A stretch of DNA of 64,000 bases from Octopus vulgaris. Taxonomy: Eukaryota. The notes below the pieces were generated by a model, which was not told the origin of the DNA, made no database searches, and worked only from the letters and a program-made list of their open reading frames with translations. Position numbers and translations under genes: made by a program. Shown here piece after piece: positions 24,981 through 37,859 of this stretch. The stretch covers positions 55,800,001 through 55,864,000 of the forward strand of contig OX597830.1 of the NCBI GenBank assembly GCA_951406725.2, written 5' to 3'. Numbering within the stretch: position 1 is the stretch's first letter; each line of letters opens with the position of its first letter.

Positions 24981-26768
24981 GTAAGTTCTTTATTTTCTAC
25001 TTGTTTCAATCATTGGATTGTGATAATGCAGGGTACCACCTTGAAGGGTTTAGTCAAACAACTCGATCCTATACTTATTTCTATGTCTGGTTTTCATTCT
25101 ATTGGTTTCTTTTGCGGAAGCTCTATGTCACAGGGACATAAGCACAAGCACACACACACACACACATACACACACACACAGTGACAAGCACTTCTACATA
25201 GTTTCCATCAACAAAATTCATTCACAAAGCATTGGTTGGCCTGTGGCTATAGTAGAAGACATTTGCCTACACAGTGGGATTGAACCAGAAACAAGGTGGT
25301 TACAACACAAACTTTTTAACCAAGTTTACTGCCGTTGCCAGCGCCGCCCCGAATGGCCTCCATGCCGGTGGCACGTAAAAAGCACCCACTACACTCACGG
25401 AGTGGTTGGCGTTAGGAAGGGCATCCAGCCGTAGAAACACTGCCAGATCAGACTGGGCCTGGTGCAGCCTTCTGGCTTCCCAGACCCCAGTTGAACCGTC
25501 AAACCCATGCTAGCATGGAAAGCGGACGCTAAATGATGATGATGATGATAGACAGGGGCCATTTAGTATAGTGGTACAGAGCCCTCAGCCAATATCAGAG
25601 ATGTACAGAGTTCAATTCTTTGTAACAGCCTGCCAACAACGTTTTGTCCAACCCATGCCAGCAAGAAAAATGGATGTTAAAAGAGGATGATGATAATGAT
25701 TTCCAAATAAATCCATTAATAACCAATATTGTTGTTGTTTAGCCCCAAGTAAATTCTAATTAAATAGCTTTATGGTTAAAATCCATTCCATCCGTGACCA
25801 TCCTATTTTTTTGTATTTTCTTTTTGTTTTGTTGTTTTCTTGTGTACATAGAACCCAACATATCATCCAATGTGTCTTTTTTTCTAAGATTATAGAACTT
25901 GATTCGAGGAAGGTTTAGCTGTTATTTCTAGCCATGGAGGCTCGTTTCTTGTCTCCAAAAATTTTTTGTTGTAACTGCTTCACTATGGCAACAATCATCA
26001 GTTATTTAATGCTGCTGATATTCCTTGTATCATTGAGTTATACCTGCTCATGGCATAGGGAAGGTGCGTGGCTTAGTGGTTAAGGTGTTGGACTCATGAT
26101 CGTAAGATTGTGGTTTCAATTCCTAGACCAGGTGACACATTGTGTTCTTGAGCAAAACACTTCATTTCACATTACTCCAATCCACTCAGCTGGCAAAACT
26201 GAGTAATCCTGTGACGGACCAGAGTTCTATACAGAAGGGGACTTTATATGCCATGGAAACCAGGAAACCAGCTCTTATAAGTCAGCATGACTCAAGAAGG
26301 TAACTTTATCTTTACCTTACCAAACACTAACCACTTTACTGTGGACTGGATGCTGTTGACGTGGTACCAGCATCGGTGAGGTCTATTTTGGCATGGTTTT
26401 TGCAGTTGGATGCCCTTCCAAACAGCAACCAGTGGAGGTATGTGACTTAGTGGTTTGAGTATTGGACTCGAGATCGTAAGATTGTAGTTTTGATTCCTGG
26501 ACCAGGCAGTGTGTTGTGTTCTTGAGCAAAACACTTTATTCCACATTGCTCCACTCCACTCAGCTGGCAAAAATGACTAATTCCTGTGACAGACCAATGT
26601 CCCATCCAGACAAGGAAATTATGAGTCAGCAAACCTTTATGAATCAACATGACTCAAGAAGTAACCTTAGCCTTTATTTTTTATTCATAGCATGTCCAAC
26701 AGAGCCAGAAACAGTAAAGTGTCTTAAGCCTTTAGCATTCAGATTACTCTGTCAAATATAATGCCTAT

Positions 26769-27440
26769 CTCGACTGGCTTCTGTGTCGGTGGCACATAAA
26801 AAGCACCATCCAAACGTGGCCGATGCCAGCGCCACCTCAACTGGCTTCTGTGCCGGTGGCACATAAAAAGCACCATCCGAACGTGGCCGATGCCAGCGCC
26901 GCCTCGACTGGCTTCTGTGCCGGTGGCACATAAAAAGCACCATCCGAACGTGGCCAATACCAGTGCCGCCTCGACTGGCTTCTGTGCCAGTGGCACATAA
27001 AAAGCACCATCCGAACGTGGCCGATGCCAGCGCCGCCTCGACTGGCTTCGGTGCCGGTGGCACATAAAAAGCACCATCCAAACGTGGCCGATGCCAGTGC
27101 CGCCTCGACTGGCTTCTGTGCCAGTGGCACATAAAAAGCACCATCCGAACGTGGCCAATGCCAGCACCGCCTTGGCTGGCTTACGTGCCGGTGGCACGTT
27201 AAAAGCACCAACCGATCGTGGCCGATGCCAGACTCCCCTGGCACCCGTGCAGGTGGCACGTAAAAAGCACCCACTACACTCACGGAGTGGTTGGCATTAG
27301 GAAGGGCATCCAGCTGTAGAAACACTGCCTGATCAGACTGGAGCCTGGTGCAGCCCCGGGCTTCCCAGACCCCAGTCGAACCGTCCAACCCATGCTAGCA
27401 TGGAAAACGGACGTTAAACGATGATGATGATGATGATGAT
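26769..27440 (+). mobile_element. Family-B repeat with an expanded 67-bp internal minisatellite (about 7 units)
   Basis: Units start at 26769, 26836, 26903, 26970, 27037, 27104 and 27171, followed by the family-B 3' end and (GAT)n tail. Confidence 0.85.
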
Positions 27441-28101
27441 CTATCCACATTGTTTTGAATTAATCATGCATTATCTCATAGCTTTGAGACTTCAATGACG
27501 TGGTTTACTTGTTTACTCTTTTACTTGTTTCAGTCATTTGACTGTGGCCATGCTGGAGCACTGCCTTTAGTCGAGCAAATCGACCCCAGGACTTATTCTT
27601 TGTAAGCCTAGTACTTATTCTATTGGTCTCTTTTGCCGAACCACTAAGTTACGGGGACGTAAACACACCAGTATTGGTTGTCAAGCGATGTTGGGGGGAC
27701 AGACACAGACACACAAACGTATACATATATATATAAAATTGCTGGCCTTGTGCCATAGTTTGAAACTGATATTTTGTTGAAAACTAAAAGCTTTGTTTTT
27801 TTCTGTTGTATCTTGGGAGGGTCATAATGCCAATAATAAACACACACACACACACGCACACTGATTCTATTTTACTTCTTTATTATTTAGCAACCTGTTA
27901 ACTACTTGACCACTTAACTAATTGATTATTTGATTAATCATTCAATTATTCAATAAACCAGATATGCTTGTCTGTCCTTTCATCTTTTATGGCCATTTTA
28001 AAAATATCTCAAAAAAAAAAAAAAAAGAAAGTCATCTTTTTTTTTTTGTTGCTTTTTGGGGATTTTTTTCTAAATCTTAAACAACTATTTAATCTGTGCA
28101 G

Positions 28102-28193
28102 GAAACATGTGGGCACAAGAATGGAACAACATCAAAGACATTGTTCTCCCTACAAATCTAAGCTTTGATGTGACAGACACCTTACAACAGAAG
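28102..28193 (+). CDS. ACE: ACE-like exon 6 (GNMWAQEWNNIKDIVLP...FDVTDTLQQK)
   Basis: tgcag acceptor, gtgagt donor, phase 1/0. GNMWAQ motif. Confidence 0.9.
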
Positions 28194-29383
28194 GTGAGTA
28201 TAAACCACCTTTTATTCTATTTTATAATGGTTTTATTCAGAAGAAAAACACTGTGATAGTGGTTTTAATGAAGCCTCTACATTGTTGCATGATGTGTTAG
28301 AAATAGCAGCCAATCTCCCTCAAATTGCACCACAGTCTGTAAATAAAAAAAGAGCCTTAAATTCCTTGCTCATAAAAAATATAAAGGGGGAGGTCATAAT
28401 TGGAATTTGGAATGCCTTAAGTGATACACCTGTACAGTCAGAGTTGACCCAGCACTAAAAAACAACAGGCTCTCTAAGACAGGAATATCACAATGGTTTA
28501 GAGTGCAAGCCAGGAAGTTACAGAAGGATAACCTCCCCTGGTGAGGAAAGAGGGAGGCAACTTTCTGAGATGGCAGTGGTTTGTGCAAGATCTGAGAAGT
28601 CCCTTCCCAACCTTTGCACAAATAAGCCCAAAGCCAGCATGATTTACTCATCTCTCCCCGACTCACATTATCAAGGTTTTATCTCTAATATAAATTGGAC
28701 ATGAGCGATCGTTGTGTTCTTTCTTGTCTTGAGGTTCACAGCCAAACGGCTGGGTGGATTCGCATGAAAAATGGCACACATGTGGAGACAGGTGCATAGA
28801 TTGGAATACAGTTTGTATTTTTTCCTAACCCCCATACTTACCTAAAAAATCGATTAAAACATTTTCTAATGGAATTTACCTCTTTCTTCTGCCATTAAAA
28901 CAACCAGTTGCTTAGAAGCTGTTTTCTGACGGGGTGGGGGTCAGAAAATTTTCATATAGCTGGAGGCTCCCTTATGCTATACTCTATTCTAAACACACCT
29001 CTCTTATATGCTGTCCTCATCAATGCCCTCCATAGCTATCATCATGACCCAAGCACCTACTATAGCCCCTTATGTATCCTAATATCTCCCTCTCCACTGC
29101 TCCTACACCTCATTCTTGAGTCACTCCTATTTCTCCCACCTTACTCCTCTCCATACTGGTTTTTCCCATCATCTGCACCCTGACCTTTGCTTACCAGTCA
29201 CTACATTAACCTCTACCTCCACCTGTTTAATCTACCACCACATTCCTATGAGAGAATCAATACAGTCTTTCATCCCCTCCCATGATCCACTATCTGTATC
29301 TCCCTTATTCTCACCTTCTTGCTCCTTGAGAGTTTGTTCCAGCATCCCATCACTGCCTTCCTATTAACTCCTTTAGTCAGTCA

Positions 29384-29747
29384 TCTCTATATATATAAAC
29401 GGCAAAATGCCTGTCTGTGTGTCCTTTATACAAATCCACAATTTTTCAGTTAGAGGGCTCGCACTTTCTATGGTCATTCAAAACCATCCAAGGGTGGTCA
29501 GGCACATCTTTACATTTCCCCAGTCACCCCGCAAAGCCATTAAAAAATCAATAGAAGTGACTTTTTTGTGAATTTTCTATCCAAAACCCAATCAAAATGC
29601 CCGAAACTTGATATGCCAATTGAATGCCAGCTAGCTGTACGTGATTGGTTGGAGATTTGGACAGTACTCGCATGTATGTGTGCACGCACGCAGCTGTATA
29701 TGCATGCACTAGCACTATGACTCGGCATTGTCAGGTCATAGTGCTAG
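29384..29747 (+). mobile_element. Non-autonomous Helitron-like element
   Basis: A|TCTCTATATATATAAA start. Terminal hairpin GCACTATGAC...GTCATAGTGC and CTAG|T. Confidence 0.65.
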
Positions 29748-30245
29748 TCTCTTCTATAGCAGGACACCTGTGCTTGTCTCTCTGTCATACTTTAGGCTCT
29801 CAGTACCAAGCATAAAGCCACCCACTTCCACCTTCCCCTCTCAAATACTTCCCTCTTAAAAGTGGCAACTTTTTCCTTTTCCTCTGTTCTTTTGCTTCTT
29901 GTAAGTTACACGGCAACATTACTACCCTGATTGACACCACTACTACCACCTGTATACTACCTCAGAAACTTTTCTTGTAACACAAAGACTGATAAGCCTA
30001 TCTGGTTTACTGAATAATTGAATGATTAATCAAATAATCAATTAGTTAAATGGTCAAGTAGTTAACAGGTTGCTAAATAATAAAGAAGCAAAATAGAACC
30101 AGTGTGTGTGTGTGTGTGTTTATTATTGGCATTATGACCCTCCCAAGATACAACAGAAAAACAACAAAGCTTTTAGTTTTCAACAAAATATCAGCTTCAA
30201 ACTATGGCACATGTCTGCAATTCTGTCTTGTCTCTGTCTTTACAG

Positions 30246-30415
30246 AACTACACGGCTAAGCAGATGTTTAAATTGTCTGAAGAGTTTTTCACATCTCTCG
30301 GTCTCAAAGAAATGACAAACACATTCTGGAACAAATCTATTTTAACCAAAATTCCAGACAAAACTATGGTGTGTCATGCTTCAGCTTGGGACTTCTTCAA
30401 GAAAGATGATTACAG
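30246..30415 (+). CDS. ACE: ACE-like exon 7 (NYTAKQMFKLSEEFFTSLGL...VCHASAWDFFKKDDYR)
   Basis: FFTSLGL and CHASAWDF motifs, phase 0/2. Confidence 0.93.
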
Positions 30416-30730
30416 GTAAATATCAACCTCCTTCACTTGTCTATTGTTATGTTATTTTCACCCAGGTCAGCCCTCACCAGCAGACCTATGATCAAAGACG
30501 TCTGTTTCTATCTTTAGCTGTAGTGTGTCTTGTATTACATAGGTGCAGGCATGACTGTGTGGTTAAGAAATTCACTTCCCAACCATATGGCTTTGGGGGT
30601 TCAACCCCTCTATACAGTACCTTGGACAAGTGTCTTCTTTCATGTTCACAGACTCTGTGGCTTGTGGTTAAATTTGGATAACAAAAGCTGCAGGAAGGGC
30701 AGGAAGCCCATTGTATGGATATGCATGTCG

Positions 30731-30960
30731 GTGGTGAGCTGGCAGAAACGTTAGCACGCCGGGTGAAATGTGTAGCAGTATTTCATCTGCCGTTACGTTC
30801 TGAGTTCAAATTCCGACGAGGTCGACTTTGCCTTTCATCCTTTCTAGGTCGATAAATTAAGTACCAGTTACACACTGGGGTCGATGTAATCGACTTAATC
30901 TGTTTGTCTGTCCTTGTTTGTCCTCTCTGTGTTTAGCCCCTTGTGGGTAGTAAAGAAATA
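30731..30960 (+). mobile_element. SINE family A
   Basis: Full-length copy with A/B-box head. Confidence 0.8.
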
Positions 30961-31338
30961 TGTATATATATGCATGTATCTGTGTTCTGGGTGTGTGTGT
31001 GTGTGTGTGTGTGTAGACACAAGCATTGGCCAAGCAGTTCACTTCTTAACCATGATTCCAGGTTTGTTCCTACTTCATCACACCTTAAGCAAGTGTCTTA
31101 TATGTAAACAGCAGCTATTCTTTTACTTGTTTCACTCATTTGACTGCAGCCATGAAGTGTTTCTTTTTCTCAATCAATTTGACCTCAGGACTTATTTTTA
31201 AGCCTAGCTCTACTTATTCTATCAGTGACTTTGCCAAACTGCTAAGTTACAGTTAAGTAAATACAGCAACACCAGTTGTCAAGTGATGATGGGGGCACAA
31301 ACACATACACAAAGACACACACACACACACACACACAC

Positions 31339-31394
<56 letters not shown>

Positions 31395-31399
31395 TTATA

Positions 31400-31501
31400 C
31401 TTTATTTAAAGCAGCAGAAAATTCTACAAAACCTGTTACTCTGAGTTTCGCGAAACTCAGAGTAACAGGTTTTGTAGAATTTTCTGCTGCTTTAAATAAA
31501 G
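31400..31501. repeat. Perfect 102-bp palindrome with no spacer
   Basis: Centre ...GAGTTTCG|CGAAACTC...; the right arm starts CGAAAC-TCAGA-GTA (3' half of a hammerhead core). Confidence 0.9.
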
Positions 31502-31882
31502 CATATTACTCTACCACTGGTATTTGAGTACTCTTTTTTTCCACCTTGTTTCACATTTATGTGTTTACTCCGGTATACATATTTATATATTAATAGTTAT
31601 CGCCAAGCTAACATGGTAGTTGCCAGCCTACCCTGGCACTTGTACTGATGGCACCTAAAAAGCGCCATCCATGCGTAGCCGATGCCAGCGCCGCCTTGAT
31701 GGGCTTCCGTGCCAGTGGCACGTAAAAAGCACCAACCGATCGTGGCCATTGCCATCCTCCCCTGGCACCTGTGCTGGTGGCACGTAAAAAGCACCCACTA
31801 CACTCATGTTATACACATATATTATATAAAGATATAATATAATATAATATAACAGATAATTAATACAAACTTATATATAAAC

Positions 31883-31955
31883 TACAATTTGTTTCGATTC
31901 ATATCCACTAGTGAATTTATAAAAAATTTACATTTATACATGTGAATCCCATCAG
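31883..31955 (-). ncRNA. Degenerate hammerhead-like motif
   Basis: Minus: CTGATGG-GATTCACAT...ATATGAATC-GAAAC-AAATT-GTA. A9 is changed to G and stem I is poor. Confidence 0.4.
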
Positions 31956-33029
31956 AGTAATATTTGTCTAAAAAATAAACAAGAATTTCCTGCAAGGACT
32001 GCTAAATCATAAAATAGAGTCTATCATCTGTACACAAAAACAGTGCTTGTAATCATACTATTACTAAAGCCTTAAGTAAACTGGATGTCCTAATTTGCAT
32101 ACATTATACATTTTCAGCAATTAGTTTGCTGAATAAATTGCTGGTATTTTAATAGTGTTTTGTTTCAATGCTATTAATGTACTATAGAATATATCTTTAG
32201 ATTTTAGTCAGTATTTAACTCCATCCACAGCATATATGGAAAGTATTAAGTATTTACAAGACAATGGATTAATCTGGTGATAGTGAAATTTTTCATTGAC
32301 TCAGAAGATATTTGTCAAAGTGTGGGCAGCCCATGAAGAAATCTACTCTGATGTTTAAGTAATTTACTGAGATTATACACTTTTTCTGCTATACAAAGTT
32401 GATGTGTTTTCATTCCACTGATACATAGCTTACTCCATTCTAGACACTTCCATTTGGTGAGCTCCTTGTGACATATTTTGGGGAATTTCTATTATATAGA
32501 TGTTTTCGATCAAGTTTGGATTCTTTGCCATCAAATTTGAATTCTTTGCAGTCAAATTTGTTTGCAAAGAATTCAAATTTGATGGCAAAGAATCCAAACA
32601 TCTATAATCAAGACATCTATAATTTAGATATTTTTACTTATAGGTGCAGTCATGGCTGTGTTGTTAAAAAGCTTGCTTTGCAATCACATAGTTTTGGGTT
32701 CAGTCCCAATGCATGGTACCTTGGACAAGTGTCTTCCACTATAGCCCCAGTTCAACTAAAGCCTTGTGAGTGAATGTGGTAGACAGAAACTGTGTGCAAG
32801 CCTATCATATGTGCATGTGTCTTTGTGCTTGTTCCTGCCACCACTTGACAGCCAGTGTTGGTTTGTTTACATTCCTCATAACTTACCAGTTTGGCAAAAG
32901 GGACTAACAGGCTTAAAGAAAGAAAAGTATTTGAGTCGATTTGTTTGACTGAACCCTTAAAGGAGCTGTCCTGGCATGGCTGCCAGGACAGAGAAAGATA
33001 AAACAGATATGAGAAAAACAAAAAAAAAA

Positions 33030-33680
33030 ACAAGATATTGTTTGGTCCTCTGGAGGACACTTGTTCTAAGTCACTTTGACTATTGCTCTCAGCTATGGTC
33101 ACCAACCAGTGTCAAATTAATCTCAGAACTTGAGGCAATCCAACGAAGCTACATGAAGAAGGTAGCCTCTATGCAGCATATAAGCTATTGGGAAAGACTC
33201 AAGAGATTAAGACTATTCCTTAGAGCGTAGACAAGAAAGATATGCCATAATATACATCTGGAAGATCCTGGAAGGACTTGTCTCAAACTTTGGCATCGAG
33301 AGTTACACAAATACTAGAACTGGGCGCCACTGCATAGTGCGAAGGACTCCAAATTTGCCATCAAGATGTAGGACAAGATACTGCGATAGCCTGGGCTTCA
33401 GAAGTCCACAGCTCTTCAATATCCTCCCAAAGGACCTGAGAGACCTTCATGGGGTGGATGCAGATGTCTTCAAAATAAAGCTGGACCTCTTCCTGACAGG
33501 TGTCTCAGATGAACCAACTTTGCGGCAAGAGGTGCAGATGAGGGCAGCTGCATCACTCTCTCTCATGCACCAAAAAGCATTTGTGAAGTAAAATCATGTA
33601 GCAACACTGAATGGCAGTGCTCCAGCATGGCCACAGCTCGTGAGCTGAAATAGATGAAATGAAAATGAAATGAAATGAAT
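33030..33680 (+). mobile_element. CR1/L2-like LINE 3' fragment with (GAAAT)n tail
   Basis: LVLSHFDYCSQLWSP...LEAIQR...SYWERLKRLRL; PQLFNILPKDLR...FKIKLDLFL. Confidence 0.8.
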
Positions 33681-33754
33681 TGTATATTGTATGTGTTTGC
33701 GTATATGTGCTCTTGTACACACTGCTCTATATATAAACTGAATCTATTTCACAG

Positions 33755-33879
33755 GATCAAGATGTGTACAGAGATCACCATGGAGGACCTGATTGTCATC
33801 CATCATGAAATGGGACATATACAGTATTATCAACAATATGCAGATCAACCAATTTACTTCAGAGAAGGAGCTAATCCAG
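33755..33879 (+). CDS. ACE: ACE-like exon 8 with zinc-binding HEMGH (33804-33818)
   Basis: [42 protein letters not shown], phase 2/1. Confidence 0.96.
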
Positions 33880-34149
33880 GTCAGTTTATCATCCTTATTT
33901 AATCCTTCATCATCATTACCATCATTGATTATCAATTAACTGTCGGAATTTTAATATAACTCATGTTATAGTAATAGTTCCAAATTTTGGTACACGGCCA
34001 GTAGGTTTGGTGGGGTGGTGGGTGGGGGTAGGTAAATTGACTCCAGTACTCAACCCAGTGGAATTTGAACTCAGAATGTAAAGACAAATGAAATGCCACT
34101 AAGAATTTTGCTTTGCATGCTTATGATTCTGCCAGCTCGCCACCTTCAT

Positions 34150-34213
<64 letters not shown>

Positions 34214-34258
34214 TTTTAAAAAAGGATTTGACATAACTCTTCACAAAGGTAAACAGTC

Positions 34259-34458
34259 AAGACGAAGAGCGCAATTCGATTGCATTATTTTATTAGTTGA
34301 ACAATATTTCAACAGTACGTCTGTCTTTGTCAAGTTCAAAATAAGAAGTGATAAAAATTCAAATTCAAAATTACAGAAATTTAAACGTTAAATTTCTGTA
34401 ATTTCGAAATAGCGTTCAACTAATAAAATAATACAATCGAATTGCACTCTTCGTCTTA
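34259..34458. repeat. Inverted repeat inside (AAT)n with a decayed hammerhead-like core
   Basis: AAGACGAAGAGCGCAATTCGATTG... versus ...CAATCGAATTGCACTCTTCGTCTT. Minus: TTGACAA-AGACAG-acgta-CTGTT-GAAAT-att-GTT. Confidence 0.65.
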
Positions 34459-34809
34459 ATAATAATAATAATAATAATAACAATAATGATAATGATAATA
34501 ATGATGATGATATTAACATTTTACTGAACTTCCCCAATTACAGGCAAGTTCACCACCATCAATTCACCACAGGGTAAGTCCACTGCCATCAATTCACCAG
34601 GAAGAAAGTTCACCGTGAGGAAAGTTTACCAAGAAAATATATCCCTAGTATCTCACCATTAATAGTTAAAAACCATTTCATTGAAAAAAGAAAACAATGA
34701 ACTGATGATAGTAAACTTTCCCTACAGTGAATTGATGACAGTGAACTTCCACTGTGGTGAATTGATGACAATGAATGTACGAGACATGAACTTTCCCATA
34801 AAGATTGAC

Positions 34810-35460
34810 CATACTGTTGAAAAAAGACCAGATATGATAATAGAGGACAAAAGAAACTAACATTTAAGATTGTAGACTTTGCAATATCATATGATAAAGC
34901 AGTCAGTATCAAAGTGGAGGCACATGGCCTAGTGGTTAGAGCAGTGGACTCGTGATCGAGGGATCGCAGGTTCGAATCTTAGACTGGGTGATGTGTGTGT
35001 TTATGAGCGAAAACACTTAAGCTCCATGCGGCTCCAGCAGAAGGTAATGGCGAACTGCTGACTCTTTTGCCACAACTTTCTCTCACTCTTTCCTCCTGCA
35101 TCTTGCAGCTAACCTGCGACGGACTGGCGTCCTGTTCAGGTGGGGAACCTATACGCCAAGAAATCAGGAAACTGGCCCTTATGAGCCAGGCATGGCTCGA
35201 GAAGGAACAAACAAGTCAGTATCAAAGAAATTGAAAACAAAAATTAGAAATATTAGGACATAGAAAGAGAAATGAAGAGGTGGTGGAAGATTAAGATGAT
35301 AATTTTTCTTTTGTTTGATGGTGCACTTGGCACAAAACTCAAACTGCCAGCTAAAAGACTGAAAGATATTGGAATTGAAACTGACACTGTTGACTTGCAG
35401 GAAACTGCAATCCTGTATTCTGCCAGAATCCTTAGAAATATTCTTGAGATTTGAGGAAAC
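34810..35460 (+). mobile_element. R4/Dong-like non-LTR retrotransposon C-terminus (restriction-like endonuclease), split by a SINE
   Basis: KRPDMIIEDK..IVDFAISYD..K | ...MKRWWKIK...GALG...LQETAILYSARILRNILEI*. Confidence 0.7.
34916..35213 (+). mobile_element. SINE family D with TSD AGTCAGTATCAAAG
   Basis: GGAGGCACATGGCCTAGTGGTTAGAGC...GGTTCGAATC head. 14-bp direct repeats on both flanks. Confidence 0.8.
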
Positions 35461-35885
35461 TCATGTAACAGGATGAAAGGTCTATAACACTTGAGGGTTG
35501 CAGCTCTCATCCCTTACATTAAATTATTTGTCGAAGGAAAAGCTAAGACTTCGAATATCTTCAACAACATAAATATTTTATTTTTCTCTACTTTGCATTG
35601 TCAATTCCATCAATGTTTTGTATCCATGATGTCTTTGTTTCCATAAAGTTTCCTTATCTCTATCATCTTTTACTTTTTTACTTGTTTCAGTCATTGGACT
35701 GTAAACATGCAAAGGCACCACCTTGAAGAATTTAGTCAAAAAAACCAACCCCAGTACTAATTTTCAAAGCTTGGTAGTGGTTCTATTAGTCTTTTTGCTG
35801 CTAAGTTATGGGCATGTTAACAAGCTATCACTGGTTGTCAAGTGATGATGGGGTACAAACACAAAGATAAATAAACATGGATATG

Positions 35886-35940
<55 letters not shown>

Positions 35941-36220
35941 AGGCTCCTACATAAATTGGACCAAGTGTTGTAAACTGTGCACAGCCAAACAGACGAGAAT
36001 ATTAAAGGATTCCCTAAGCCCAGGGAAATCCTTAACTCCAGGACAAAGGTCTTCAGATGCTGCTTGCACTTCATGAAATCCCTGCTGGTATGCCTGCCGT
36101 CATATTTATGATGTCCACATGGTACCTGCAAGTTGTCCATATGATGTCTTCTTTTTGTCTGCATGATGTCTACATGTTTTTTACCTGATGTATCTGCTTT
36201 TGTTTTTTGATATTTCCCAG

Positions 36221-36319
36221 GATTTCATGAAGCCGTCGGTGACACTCTTGCATTATCTGTATCAACTCCAGAACATTTAAAAAAAATTGGTCTCCTCAAA
36301 GATTACACACCGTCAAATG
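36221..36319 (+). CDS. ACE: ACE-like exon 9 ([26 protein letters not shown])
   Basis: Third zinc ligand motif EAVGD, phase 1/1. Confidence 0.95.
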
Positions 36320-36965
36320 GTAAACATTCAATATATTCTTTGTGTTGTTGCTATTTTTACTGTTGTTATTATTCAACCCCAGGTCAGCTCCAATTGAGCA
36401 CACCCTTGACATTAGTTGATACCACTGTCCCAGCATTTGACTGGTACTTATTTTATTGACCCCAAAAGGATGAAAGGAGAGAGTTGACATTGGCAGGATT
36501 TGAACTCAAAATGTAAAAAATTGGAGCAAACAACACAAAACATTTTGTCCATGATGATGCTGCCAACTCATCACCTAAATAATAATAATAATAATAATAG
36601 TAATGATACATGGTTGTGATGCATGTACCTGGTGTACCCTTATCAGACAGGTAGTCATGATGGGTATATTGGGCTTCATATATTTTACCCCGGTATCACT
36701 TTGATGGCATGCACTGCTCTCCCACTCAATGATAATAATAATAATAATTTTGGTTTCAAATTTTGCCACAAGGGCAGCATTTTGGGGGGAAGAGATGAGT
36801 CGATTATATTGACCCCAGTGTTCAGCTGGTACTTATTTTATTGAACCCGAAAGGGTGACAGGCAAAGTCGACCTCGGTGGAATTTGAACTCAGAACACAG
36901 CAACAGGTGAAATACCACTAAGCATTTCATTCAGTGTGCTAACAATTCTGTCAGCTCAACACCTT

Positions 36966-37013
<48 letters not shown>

Positions 37014-37823
37014 TAGCTGGACCCATGAAAAATTCACAGAAAACATTAAAAAATATAAGCATCTGTAAACAGTGTACTGGTGCCATGAGAAATGTTTGTA
37101 TATTTTGACTGTCTATCTTTGCGTTCTGAGTTCAAATTCTGCCGAGATCAACTTTGCTTTCATCCTTTCAGGGTCAATAAATTAAGTATCAGTTGTGTAC
37201 TGGGATTTAATCAACTGGCCCCTCCCCATAAAAAATTCAGGCCTAGAAAAGTATATTGTAACTGTTACAAAATATAGAAAGTAATGGAACACCAATGACT
37301 ATATAATCCAACCAAAATATCCGTTTTAATGTACAAATTGAAATGCAAAAGAACGAAATAATAAATGGATTTATGAATGAAAGTTTGGTAATTGCATTTA
37401 TTTCCACCACGCAACACTTATTATTGCAAACATGTTTTAAGTAACCTAAACTGTATACACACACAAATACATTCACATATATGTCTCGAGTTGTAGCTGT
37501 AATTCAAAGGGGATAGCCTTGTCATATTCTGTGTGAAGCTGAATATCCCTGAGAACTACGTTAATGTTATGCATGTCTGTGGAGTACTCAGCTACTTGTG
37601 AGTTAATTTTATCCTCGTGTGGTAATGAAAAGTGAAATATTGACATCCAATATTTGCTGTGTGTATGTATCTATGTATGAACTTTTCTTTGAATCTGCTG
37701 TCTATTTTACTTTCTCTCTTTCTCTTTCACTTCCTTTGTGTCCCTCTTCTCTCCTGCTTTTGATTTAACAAAGTGTATATGAATCTATGTATCTACTTCT
37801 GTTGTGATGAACGCCGTCACCAC

Positions 37824-37859
<36 letters not shown>

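Noticed and set aside
26769-27240. CRISPR-like regular repeats
   Set aside because: Contiguous near-identical 67-bp units with no unique spacers, inside a retroposon, in a eukaryote with no cas genes.
34916-34990. tRNA gene (also 8505-8581, 26059-26130 and 15345-15418)
   Set aside because: A/B boxes run directly into SINE bodies with TSDs, and the acceptor stems do not close.
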